58,017 nucleotides of DNA, taken from the IMG/VR virus record IMGVR_UViG_3300045526_000297, positions 1 to 58,017 of that record; one strand, given 5' to 3'. This DNA comes from a virus (Duplodnaviria > Caudoviricetes). A model generated the notes under the pieces. It made no database searches and had not been told where the DNA came from. It worked only from the letters and a program-made list of their open reading frames with translations. The position numbers and the translations under genes were made by a program. Shown here piece by piece: positions 20,501 to 28,600 of the stretch. Numbering within the stretch: the first letter of the stretch is position 1; every line of letters begins with the position of its first letter.

Positions 20501-22479
20501 GTTTTGCATCTACTACTAGTGGATCTAGTAGCGTTTATGGAGACACTTCTTTAACATTTAATCCTACTTCTAATAGTCTAGGAATTGGTATAGCAAATCC
20601 GCAAAATGTCTTACATCTTAGTGGAAATCCAGGAACAATTTTGAGAATTGATGGGGGATCTGGTGGTACTGGAACAAGAGATATTTTTATTAGCGAATTT
20701 AATACAACTGCTTATGGTGGTATTATAAGATATGATTCAATTGCAGATTTATTTACATTTGGTACTGTAGAAAATTCGGTTGTACAAAATGCAATTAACG
20801 TTGCGAGAACATCTGCAAATGTTGGTATTGGTAGCACAATTCCAACTCAAAAACTTCAGGTTGCCGGTAATGTGGCACCTGATGAAACTGGAACCAGGGA
20901 TTTAGGAACATCTACTCTTAAATGGAACACAGTTTATGCCAATACATTTAATGGGCAATTTATAGGAAATGCCGATACTGCTTCTAAATTAGCAACACCA
21001 AGAATTATTGCTGCAACTAATGATATTTCTTGGTCGGTTTCTTTTGATGGATCCGCAAATGTATCTTCTGCGGCAACTTTATCAAACACCGGAGTAATCG
21101 CAGGAACTTATGGTTCTTCAACACAGGTTGGTGTGATAACCGTAGATGCAAAGGGTAGAATTACTTCAGCATCTAATGTTTCAATTGCCTTCACTAATGC
21201 AACCGTAGCCAGAGCAGGATATGCGGACAGTGCAGGTATAGCAACTAATCTTAGAGGTGGTACTGCATATCAAATTCCATATCAATCTGCAGTAAACACA
21301 ACTGCATTTATAGCAAATGGTACTGTTACTGGACAATTACTCCAATATAATAGTTCGGCAGCACCATCTTGGGTAAACCCTTCTGGTTTAACTGTATCTA
21401 GAGCGGGATATGCAGACACTGCAGGTATAGCAACTAATCTTAGAGGCGGTTCTCCTGGTTCAATTCCTTATCAATCTTCTTCCAATGTAACAACTTTTCT
21501 AAATGATCCTAATGTAAATGGAGCTATTTTAACCTGGAATGATTCAAGTTCACAACCATCCTGGACTTCCCCATCTAATTTATCAGTTAGTAAAGCATCT
21601 TATGCAGACAAAGCAGGATTATCAACTGATGTAGAACTTAATGGATCAGGACAACTTCTTTATCAACCAGGAAACAATAATACCGAATTATTATCATTTG
21701 GTTCTGTTGGGCAAATACTTCAATCTAATGGTACGGGATCAGCTCCTAGTTGGGTTAATATAAGTGGATTAACTGCCGGATTTGCATCCTATGCTACTAA
21801 AGCGGGATTAGCAACTGATGTAGAGATTAATGGAACTAATCAACTTCTTTATCAAGCTTCTAATAATAACACGGTAGCACTTTCAACAGGAACATCAGGA
21901 CAAATACTTCAATCTAATGGTACAGGATCAGCTCCTAGTTGGGTTAATATAAGTGGATTAACTGCCGGATTTGCATCCTATGCCACTAAAGCAGGATTAG
22001 CAACTGATGTAGAACTTAATGGATCAGGACAACTTCTTTATCAACCAGGAAACAATAATACCGAATTATTATCATTTGGTTCTGTTGGACAAATACTTCA
22101 ATCTAATGGTGCAAATCAAGCACCTTCTTGGATAACTTTAGGATCTTCTGTAGGTGCCGCAATTAGTGGACTTACGATTAGGGATGAGGGAACTATAACT
22201 CCTTCAGGTGGTGTGGGTGTCATTACCACTATTAATTTTGTTGGTTATGGAGTTACGGTTGTTGGTAGTTTTTCTGGTGTTGCCACCGTAACAGTTTCAA
22301 CAAATCAAATAGAAGGGCCACTTACGGTAGAAGGACTACCATTTATTAAAAATCGTAAAACCGTTGCAACTTCTTATACTGTTAGTGCAGATTTCAATGA
22401 GATGAGTATTGGCCCAATAACTATAAATAATGGTGTTACCGTTACTGTCAGTAGTGGCGGAAATTGGACAATTATTTAA
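17509..22479 (+). CDS. long tail fibre protein (1656 aa)
   Basis: Many VGIGT/VTGISTF motifs, DLG...RW blocks, AGTYGS..VDAKGRITSA, C-terminal GPITINNGVTVTVSSGGNWTII. Confidence 0.85.
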   Translation: MAKYLSGRSKRTPQSALSDERYRYLSVGDAEPNFGDPIFPGEFPPFGQQYQIVSVEGYPGERYWVPIGGGLIPGSISVFDEGNLVGGLSSTTQVNFVGAAITVIGISGPPPGVGVTVTVFAPGNNSEILFNTSNEFSTSPKLKFDTSTGSLIAGDRIIVGTGGTVITTTGVGSVGIGTTDPTQELHLQGDFRITGTIYDYFNSPGSPTQLIAKNNFGGITWVDQGTIRSAAGGTVGNVQYHNSVGLVDGAPNFVFDEFNNRIGIGSTIPTVLLDVLGYSKFTGQTEIDNLYVTGITTLKNLGVLGLTTTKNLEVTGVATIGFLTGNNAYFTGIVTADQGFVGSIDITQLNVTGFASIKDLGVSGLTTTRDLQVYESTLLNRLKVSGISTFDSQVIINNLNVTGVGTFDNIKLDTNTVSTNIGNLIIDSSGGTTQINDIVYINDYTQSIDSNTGALVVEGGVGIGSRLNVDGAVKLATLGGITTTGGDLYVAGNLFVNNDIFYDELFARNGYFTGIVSTKDLLVTGVATIATLGVSGLTTTRTLRVTGISTFDDFIDANGGAYIDNIQIGITDNNEIDTSSGNLTIDSAGGLTTIDDRLFVTGISTFNANTVFNANVTLGNNVGGDTVSFGSSVNTNIIPQATDTYDLGQSDSLRWRTIYAQTFSGKFIGNADTASQIATATTTGISSYFLTFVDSNNSPASYETLYTDSGITYTPSNDLLTVGKLVVTGISTFEGTSTFNGITTFTNNVFIGNSNTDKVSFAATVDSNIIPSGTRDLGSITNRWDKFYVNEIVGTVTGTISSVSITNDSSTNAIRFISFASTVSGSSSIYGDTNLTFNPSNDTVSIGGSLGIGNANPGTRLDVTGNVRLSGSVPEIELNTGGPRFRVPSSNTLTVHTGGGLSSGTNEVIRINATGVGIETSTPRYKLHVIGDTNITGLTSLGGNLVPTGDGTQDIGLPERKWNKFYVNELVGTITGTISSVSITDDTNNAANPVRFISFASTTSGSSSVYGDTSLTFNPTSNSLGIGIANPQNVLHLSGNPGTILRIDGGSGGTGTRDIFISEFNTTAYGGIIRYDSIADLFTFGTVENSVVQNAINVARTSANVGIGSTIPTQKLQVAGNVAPDETGTRDLGTSTLKWNTVYANTFNGQFIGNADTASKLATPRIIAATNDISWSVSFDGSANVSSAATLSNTGVIAGTYGSSTQVGVITVDAKGRITSASNVSIAFTNATVARAGYADSAGIATNLRGGTAYQIPYQSAVNTTAFIANGTVTGQLLQYNSSAAPSWVNPSGLTVSRAGYADTAGIATNLRGGSPGSIPYQSSSNVTTFLNDPNVNGAILTWNDSSSQPSWTSPSNLSVSKASYADKAGLSTDVELNGSGQLLYQPGNNNTELLSFGSVGQILQSNGTGSAPSWVNISGLTAGFASYATKAGLATDVEINGTNQLLYQASNNNTVALSTGTSGQILQSNGTGSAPSWVNISGLTAGFASYATKAGLATDVELNGSGQLLYQPGNNNTELLSFGSVGQILQSNGANQAPSWITLGSSVGAAISGLTIRDEGTITPSGGVGVITTINFVGYGVTVVGSFSGVATVTVSTNQIEGPLTVEGLPFIKNRKTVATSYTVSADFNEMSIGPITINNGVTVTVSSGGNWTII
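21610..22110 (+). repeat. 189-bp (63-aa) internal repeat units in the tail fibre gene, A-B-A arrangement
   Basis: KAGL(S/A)TDVE...GQILQSNG occurs three times; first and third copies are near-identical in DNA. Confidence 0.9.
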
Positions 22480-22485
22480 TTATCT

Positions 22486-22695
22486 ATGGCCGATTATAAT
22501 TTTTCAAGTAAAGTAGTTATTTTTCCAAATAATGATGGTGGAGTGAGTATTCTGGTTCCGGCACCCGACTGTGGATTATCTTTGGAACAAATTATAGGAA
22601 AAGATGTTCCACAAGATCGACCACATGAGGTTTTGGAAGTAACCGATCTTCCGAATGATGGAACCTACAGAGATGCATGGACTTTTGAAAATTAA
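22486..22695 (+). CDS. small tail-fibre-associated protein
   Basis: GGVSILVP.PDCGLSLEQI..KDVP...DLP.D.TYRDAW; directly follows the fibre gene. Confidence 0.65.
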   Translation: MADYNFSSKVVIFPNNDGGVSILVPAPDCGLSLEQIIGKDVPQDRPHEVLEVTDLPNDGTYRDAWTFEN

Positions 22696-22706
22696 GGAGG
22701 TATAAA

Positions 22707-22991
22707 ATGCCAATTGGAATTGATTTAGAAAAAGCAAAAGAAATTCATAAAAATAAAATTCGTCAAGTAAGAAATCCTCTTCTTCAACAAAAAGATGTTG
22801 AATATATGAGAGCACTTGAGGCGGGAGATTCTGAAAAAGTTTCTCAAGTTGTTGCCGAAAAACAAGCTCTTAGAGATGTTACTACAATTGTGAACGATGT
22901 TGAAATTTCATCAACATCCGTTAGTGAAGTTACCGAACAATTAAAACAAGTTTGGGACGAATCCGTATTAGGAACTAATCCACTGCTATGA
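22707..22991 (+). CDS. putative tail fibre assembly chaperone
   Basis: IDLEKAKEIHK..IR..R.PLL...DVEYMRALE, KQALRD; strong AAGGAGG RBS. Confidence 0.65.
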   Translation: MPIGIDLEKAKEIHKNKIRQVRNPLLQQKDVEYMRALEAGDSEKVSQVVAEKQALRDVTTIVNDVEISSTSVSEVTEQLKQVWDESVLGTNPLL

Positions 22992-23431
22992 GCACTCTTA
23001 AGGTTACAAATATTCAAAGTAACGGTTCTGGATTTAATGATGTTGTTTCATTTCAAAATTCTACAGGAACTCAGAATGGAACATTATGCAGAGCATGGGT
23101 GAATTTTAATGGAGCTCTTGCCGGAACCAAACCATTTACTTCCTCAGGTGGTATTCGTGCCTCTTTTAATGTAAGTAGCATTACTTATAACTCTAATGGA
23201 ACTTATACCATAAATTTTCAATCATCAATGCCGGACATTAGTTATTGTTCTTGTGGAAATTTTGGATTAGAAGATCCAACTAGAACATATGCAGAACGTC
23301 CTGGTGGCATTCAAATAACTTCAATGACTACTAATAGTATTAGATTAACTCCTCTTGTATGTAGCACATCCTCCAATACAGATCCACAGGTTTACGCAGC
23401 TCCTTACATACACGTTTCAATTTTTAGATAA
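22988..23431 (+). CDS. small fibre-tip/virion protein (AWVNF.G family)
   Basis: MSTLKVTNIQ, CRAWVNFNG, IRASFNVSSIT, YTINF...MPD..Y. Confidence 0.7.
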   Translation: MSTLKVTNIQSNGSGFNDVVSFQNSTGTQNGTLCRAWVNFNGALAGTKPFTSSGGIRASFNVSSITYNSNGTYTINFQSSMPDISYCSCGNFGLEDPTRTYAERPGGIQITSMTTNSIRLTPLVCSTSSNTDPQVYAAPYIHVSIFR

Positions 23432-23433
23432 CC

Positions 23434-23955
23434 ATGACTTTAACACTCTCAGGTTCGGGAAATCCGGTTACAATTGATGGTACTGATTCGGGGTTGACCC
23501 TTGTTAGAGAAACCGCAAAATCTGCCACAGGAACAAGCGTTGACTTTACCGGAATCCCAAGTTGGGTTAAAAGGGTTACGTTGATGTTTAACACAATAAG
23601 TGGAAGCGGAAATTCACAATTTTTAGTTAAACTCGGAACAAGTAGCGGATTTGTGTCAACTGGATATAACTCATATGCAAGTACCACAAATGGATCAATT
23701 ACCACCAACACCACTGGGTTTTTAGCATCGGCAAGCGGACATAGCTCGGCAAACACTTTTCTTGGACAAATGACTATTGTAAGTTTTGGTGGCACTGCTT
23801 GGAGTTCTTCTGGAATACTGGTACAATCATCCACAAATGGTGGTATTGTTGGTGGGTATGTTGATCTTGGTGGTACACTAACCCAAATTCGTATCACCAC
23901 CGTCAACGGGACAGATACTTTCGACGCAGGAACCATAAACATAATGTACGAATAA
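23434..23955 (+). CDS. small fibre-associated virion protein
   Basis: GTSVDFTGIPSWVKRVT, LTQIRITTVNGTDTFDAGTINIMYE. Confidence 0.7.
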   Translation: MTLTLSGSGNPVTIDGTDSGLTLVRETAKSATGTSVDFTGIPSWVKRVTLMFNTISGSGNSQFLVKLGTSSGFVSTGYNSYASTTNGSITTNTTGFLASASGHSSANTFLGQMTIVSFGGTAWSSSGILVQSSTNGGIVGGYVDLGGTLTQIRITTVNGTDTFDAGTINIMYE

Positions 23956-23960
23956 AAATT

Positions 23961-24365
23961 ATGAGTACTTTAAAAGTAACAAATATTCAAGATACTTCGG
24001 GCGGAAATTCTGCCACGACAGAACAAATTTATAAAGGAATTGCAAAAGCATGGGTAAATTTTGATGGAACTCTTGCCGGAACAAGACCATTTACTTCTTC
24101 TGGAGGAATTCGATCATCTTTTAATGTGAGTAGTATTACTTATAATGGTGACGGAGACCATACAATTAATTTTATCAATGCTATGCCAAATGCAAATTAT
24201 TGTTGTTTAGTTACCGGTAGCACCATAAATTATGGATCTGTCAACAGAGTTACATCAGTTTATGAAACTTTTCCTCCAACTTCTTCATCAGTTAGAATAC
24301 TCTCAGCGGTAAGTAATGGAAATGACACGGATCCAATTTATGTTAATGTCTCTATTTTTACATAA
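23961..24365 (+). CDS. small fibre-tip/virion protein, paralog of 22988-23431
   Basis: MSTLKVTNIQ, AKAWVNFDG, PFTSSGGIRSSFNVSSITYN. Confidence 0.7.
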   Translation: MSTLKVTNIQDTSGGNSATTEQIYKGIAKAWVNFDGTLAGTRPFTSSGGIRSSFNVSSITYNGDGDHTINFINAMPNANYCCLVTGSTINYGSVNRVTSVYETFPPTSSSVRILSAVSNGNDTDPIYVNVSIFT

Positions 24366-24496
24366 TAGTTACTGTAATATTTTACATGTACTGGAAGTTT
24401 TAATATAGATTCTCTTGTTTATATGGATCCTTATATACATATTTCAATTGTTGTAGTGATAGTATTTTATTAAGATCAACCTCACCTCCCACCCCC

Positions 24497-24525
24497 TTGA
24501 CAACCGACCCATGACCCTCTATAAT
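24497..24525 (+). promoter_or_regulatory. sigma70-type promoter
   Basis: TTGACA (24497-24502), 17-bp spacer, TATAAT (24520-24525). Confidence 0.85.
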
Positions 24526-24551
24526 ATGGGGGTAATCAACGGAACGACTGG

Positions 24552-24749
24552 ATGAGTCATGAAAATCAAGAACTTTTGAGTAGGTGTGTTGTAGATACTC
24601 TTTATCGTAAGTTTTATCTGTATTCTAATCTTGGTAATGAAAAAGTTGTTGAATGTGATACAATTGATCAATTTCTAGATGTTTTGGAATATGTAAGATC
24701 ACAACCACAACTTGATGATAGTGTTCTAGTTTATTCCGAACCCTTCTAA
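24552..24749 (+). CDS. hypothetical protein
   Basis: 65-aa ORF directly behind a consensus promoter. Confidence 0.7.
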   Translation: MSHENQELLSRCVVDTLYRKFYLYSNLGNEKVVECDTIDQFLDVLEYVRSQPQLDDSVLVYSEPF

Positions 24750-24761
24750 TATTAAATAAGA

Positions 24762-24935
24762 ATGGAAGTTTTTACAGTGAAAGAATTTCAAGAAAGATTT
24801 GATGAACTCGTTCTACGAGTTGAAAATGGCGAACACATTGGAATTATGAACGAAAATGGACAGGCTTCCGTAATGATACCTGTCGATGATGAAATTGTGC
24901 GAATACACACAGAATTAAACAACGAAGCATCTTGA
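24762..24935 (+). CDS. Phd/YefM-antitoxin-like small protein (57 aa; absent from the ORF track)
   Basis: MEVFTVKEFQERFDELVLRVENGEHIGIMNENGQASVMIPVDDEIVRIHTELNNEAS; follows a TAAATA motif. Confidence 0.55.
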   Translation: MEVFTVKEFQERFDELVLRVENGEHIGIMNENGQASVMIPVDDEIVRIHTELNNEAS

Positions 24936-24960
24936 CAAGCAGTTCCAAATCCTGTATAAT
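24932..24960 (+). promoter_or_regulatory. sigma70-type promoter of the tRNA cluster
   Basis: TTGACA (24932-24937), 17-bp spacer, TATAAT (24955-24960). Confidence 0.85.
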
Positions 24961-24974
24961 TGATTTGGATTTAT

Positions 24975-25062
24975 GGTCGTCAGAACAGGTGTTCAGAGGG
25001 GTCTTATAAACCCTTTGCCCCAGATTAGGGCCTTTGGCAGGGTTCGATACCCTGGGCGACTA
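24975..25062 (+). tRNA. tRNA-Ile (anticodon TAT), long variable arm, no encoded CCA
   Basis: Acceptor GGTCGTC/GGCGACT-A; short D arm GAAC-AGGT-GTTC; anticodon GGGGT-CTTATAA-ACCCT; variable stem GCCC/GGGC; T arm CAGGG-TTCGATA-CCCTG. Confidence 0.75.
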
Positions 25063-25065
25063 TCT

Positions 25066-25137
25066 GCTCGTTTATCTATCTAGGAAAGCATCGATCTAAT
25101 AAATCGACATAGGTCGGGGCAGAGCCGACAACGAGCA
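25066..25137 (+). tRNA. tRNA-Ile-like gene (anticodon AAT) with non-canonical D and T loops
   Basis: Acceptor GCTCGTT/AACGAGC-A; anticodon TCGAT-CTAATAA-ATCGA; T arm GTCGG-GGCAGAG-CCGAC (no TTC). Confidence 0.65.
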
Positions 25138-25141
25138 CTTA

Positions 25142-25170
25142 ACCATTATAACTCAAAGAGTTATAATGGT
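25142..25170. repeat. perfect 13-bp inverted repeat between tRNAs
   Basis: ACCATTATAACTC-aaa-GAGTTATAATGGT. Confidence 0.9.
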
Positions 25171-25177
25171 CTCACAA

Positions 25178-25261
25178 GCGAGTATGGTGGAATCGGTAGA
25201 CACACCAGACTTAAAATCTGTTGGGGGCAACCCCGTGCCAGTTCGACCCTGGATACTCGCA
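25178..25261 (+). tRNA. tRNA-Leu (anticodon TAA)
   Basis: GCGAGTA/TACTCGC-A acceptor; TGGTGGAATCGGTAGACAC D arm; CAGA-CTTAAAA-TCTG; variable stem GGGG-CAA-CCCC; GTTCGA T loop. Confidence 0.92.
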
Positions 25262-25295
25262 CTTAAAATAAATATAAGATATCGGACAAACTCGA

Positions 25296-25601
25296 ATGTC
25301 TTATAAAATTGATAAAGCATATTGTTGGTACAATAACGGAACTCAAATTGTTCTTATGTACTTTATCAATCATATTCCATTCACTTTTGATGAATTACCT
25401 GATGGTCACTTATATGATCAAGACCTTTGTAAATTAGCTGATAGGGAAAGGTCATTTGAACCAGAAGATTTGTATAAAAATTCAATATACTTAATAGAAG
25501 AAGAGGCTCATCCTTGTTTTTTTCTAATAGATTTAGAAAATCCAGAAGACATGCCAGATGATCTTGAGTATTTTTATGATGAGGAGGATTTGACTTCATA
25601 A
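25296..25601 (+). CDS. hypothetical acidic protein
   Basis: 101-aa ORF after an ATAAATA late motif (~25268). Confidence 0.75.
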   Translation: MSYKIDKAYCWYNNGTQIVLMYFINHIPFTFDELPDGHLYDQDLCKLADRERSFEPEDLYKNSIYLIEEEAHPCFFLIDLENPEDMPDDLEYFYDEEDLTS

Positions 25602-25636
25602 ATAAATTATAGAAATCGTTTAGAAGTCATAAACCG

Positions 25637-28600
25637 ATGGGTCTTAACAAATTAGATAATTTTATTAAGAACACTGAAGGACGCATATTATATGTAAACC
25701 CCAATGATCTTGATTCTACTGATAGTATTGAAAATCAAGGAAACTCTCTTGCAAGTCCTTTTAAGACAATTCAAAGAGCACTCTTAGAAGCGGCAAGATT
25801 TTCATATCTAAAGGGAAATAATAACGACATCGTAGAAAAAACAACAATTCTTTTATTTCCAGGTGAACATTTAGTTGATAACAGACCCGGATATGCAATT
25901 TATGACAATGGAGGATCCGCCTATGCGGTTTCTAGATCTGGTGGAGCAGGAGTTTTAGCATCTTCTGTTTTATCTTTGGGATTTGATTCCGTTTTTGATT
26001 TAACACAAGAAGATAATATTCTTTACAAGTTTAATAGTTTTTATGGTGGTGTTGTTGTCCCAAGAGGAACTTCAATTGTTGGTCTAGATTTAAGAAAAAC
26101 AAAAATTAGACCAAAATATGTTCCTAACCCAACAGATCCTGCGGTAAATAAATCCGCGATTTTTAGAATTACCGGTGCATGTTATTTTTGGCAATTTTCA
26201 ATTTTTGATGCTGACGGTTCTTCTCTGGTTTATACAAATCCCGATAATTTTAGTTCGATATATCAATCAACCCCTAATTTTTCTCACCACAAATTAACTT
26301 GTTTCGAATTTTGTGATGGAGTAAACACCATAGGATCATATGGTCTTACTGATCTTGATATGTATTATAGTAAGGTTTCTAATGCATATAATGCCTATAG
26401 AGAAATTGATCAGAAGTTTCCATCTAGTCCAGGAGGATTTGCCAAAAGAAATCCAGAATGGGAAATTGTCGGCGCATTTGCATCTGATCCCATTAGTATT
26501 TCAAATATCATTTCAGGTAATGGAAGTGTCGCATCTTCTGTCATTACCGTAACAACATCAGAAAATCATGGACTAAATGTTGGAACTCCAATTAAAATTA
26601 AAGGAGTATCGGGATCCGGTATTGTTTTCCCATATAATATTTCAACAACCGTACAGAATGTTATAAACGCAACAACATTTACATATTTACTTCCTTCATT
26701 TAATTCTTATCCAACTCTGAATGCAAATCCAAGTAGTGCCGGGGCAACTGTTACGGTAGAAACAGATACGGTATCCGGAGCATCTCCATATATCTTCAAC
26801 TGTTCATTGAGATCAGTATGGGGAATGAATGGACTTCATGCCGATGGTAGTAAGGCATCAGGATTTAGAAGTACCGTGGTTGCACAATTTACTGCCGTAT
26901 CCCTACAAAAAGACGATAGGGCATTTGTAAAGTATAATAAATCATCACGAACTTATGAATCTGTAAATTACAGTACAGTATATGGATCAAGTTTGCCAGA
27001 TGGAGCATCACAAACCAATTCGGAAAAAGTATATCACTTAGATCCAAATGCGATTTACCGTAAAGGATGGGAATCTAGTCATATTAAATTGTCAAATGAT
27101 GCCTTTATTCAGATTGTTTCTGTTTTTGCGATTGGATTTAATAAACATTTTGATGCAGAGAGTGGTGGAGACGCATCAATCACAAACTCAAACTCAAACT
27201 TTGGTCAAATTTCATTAAATTCATCCGGATTTAAGAAAGAGGCATTTGAAAAGGATGATAGAGCATTTATTACATCAATTATACCACCAAGATCTATAGT
27301 ACAAGAAGAAGAAAATATTGAATGGTTGTCACTTGATGTTGGATTAACAACATCTGTTGGAATTTCAAGTCATTTATATCTTTATGGATTTAATTCTGTT
27401 AATTCAGTTCCATCATCTCTTACACAGGGATATCGAATTGGTGCAAAATTGAATGATAAATTATTTACAACTATTGGTGGTACCGAAAGAGAATCATCAA
27501 TTTACATGTGTGATAATATTATCAGTACTACAGGGTTAACAACCGCACTTGGAACAACAAGTTCGGTAAAGTCTTATGATGTTTCTTCTGGCCCATCATC
27601 AAACTCTTTCACCATTGGTGCAAACAATCTTATAACAGGTGAAAAAGTTCTAATTATCAGTGATGATGGTGATCTGCCAGAAAATATCAATGAGCACGAA
27701 GTTTATTATGTGATTAATAATGGTGATAATAATACGATTAAGTTGGCATCCTCATTTACAAATGCAACTCAATCGGAGGCGATCACCGTTTATGGTGGAA
27801 CTAATTTACATATTTTGAGTAGAGTATCAGACAAAAATTCAGGGGAACTTGGATCACCAATTCAGTTTGATGCTCAAAATAATAATTGGTTTATTCATGT
27901 TAACTCAAATAATCAAATTTATAATACACTGTTATCCGGAGGAGTTTCAACTTATGGAGAAACTACCGATCTTGCCTATGTGAAAAGAGTATCAGACGAA
28001 AGAAGTCTGGATGAAAAAATTTATAAGTTTAGAGTTGTAATTCCAAAAGAAACCGTAAATGCAAAAGATCCTGAAGTTGGATTTGTAATTCAGGAATCAA
28101 GTACGACTGGATTGAGAAATAATTCTGATTTCACAAAAACTTCAATTACAAGTTCAGATTATGGATATTTAAGAAATCCAAGATTTATTTCTACATGCAC
28201 TCAAAGTTCTGGAACAGTTACGGTTTTCAGTGATTTACCACATAATTTACAAATTGGTAATATTGTTAATATTAAAAATGTTACGAGCACAACAAATACC
28301 AGTGGAACCTTTAATCTTGGATACAACGGAACTTTTGAAGTTAGTTCTATTGTAGACGCACATACATTCCAATATTCAACCACAGATGTAAATGGTATTC
28401 AACACAATACCGGAACATTTACAAATGATGTATTTACTCGAAACACAAATCTTCCAAGATTTGAAAGAAATGACCTAAAGGCAAATCTGTTCATTTATCG
28501 AAATGAGGTTATTTCACCATACATTGAAGGTCAACAAGATGGAATCTATCATTTATATGTTTTAAATTCTGGAAATGCAATTACAAATGAATTTACGGAT

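Noticed and set aside
22988-24470. Diversity-generating retroelement acting on fibre-tip paralogs
   Set aside because: No reverse transcriptase in the window and no TR/VR pair differing only at adenines.
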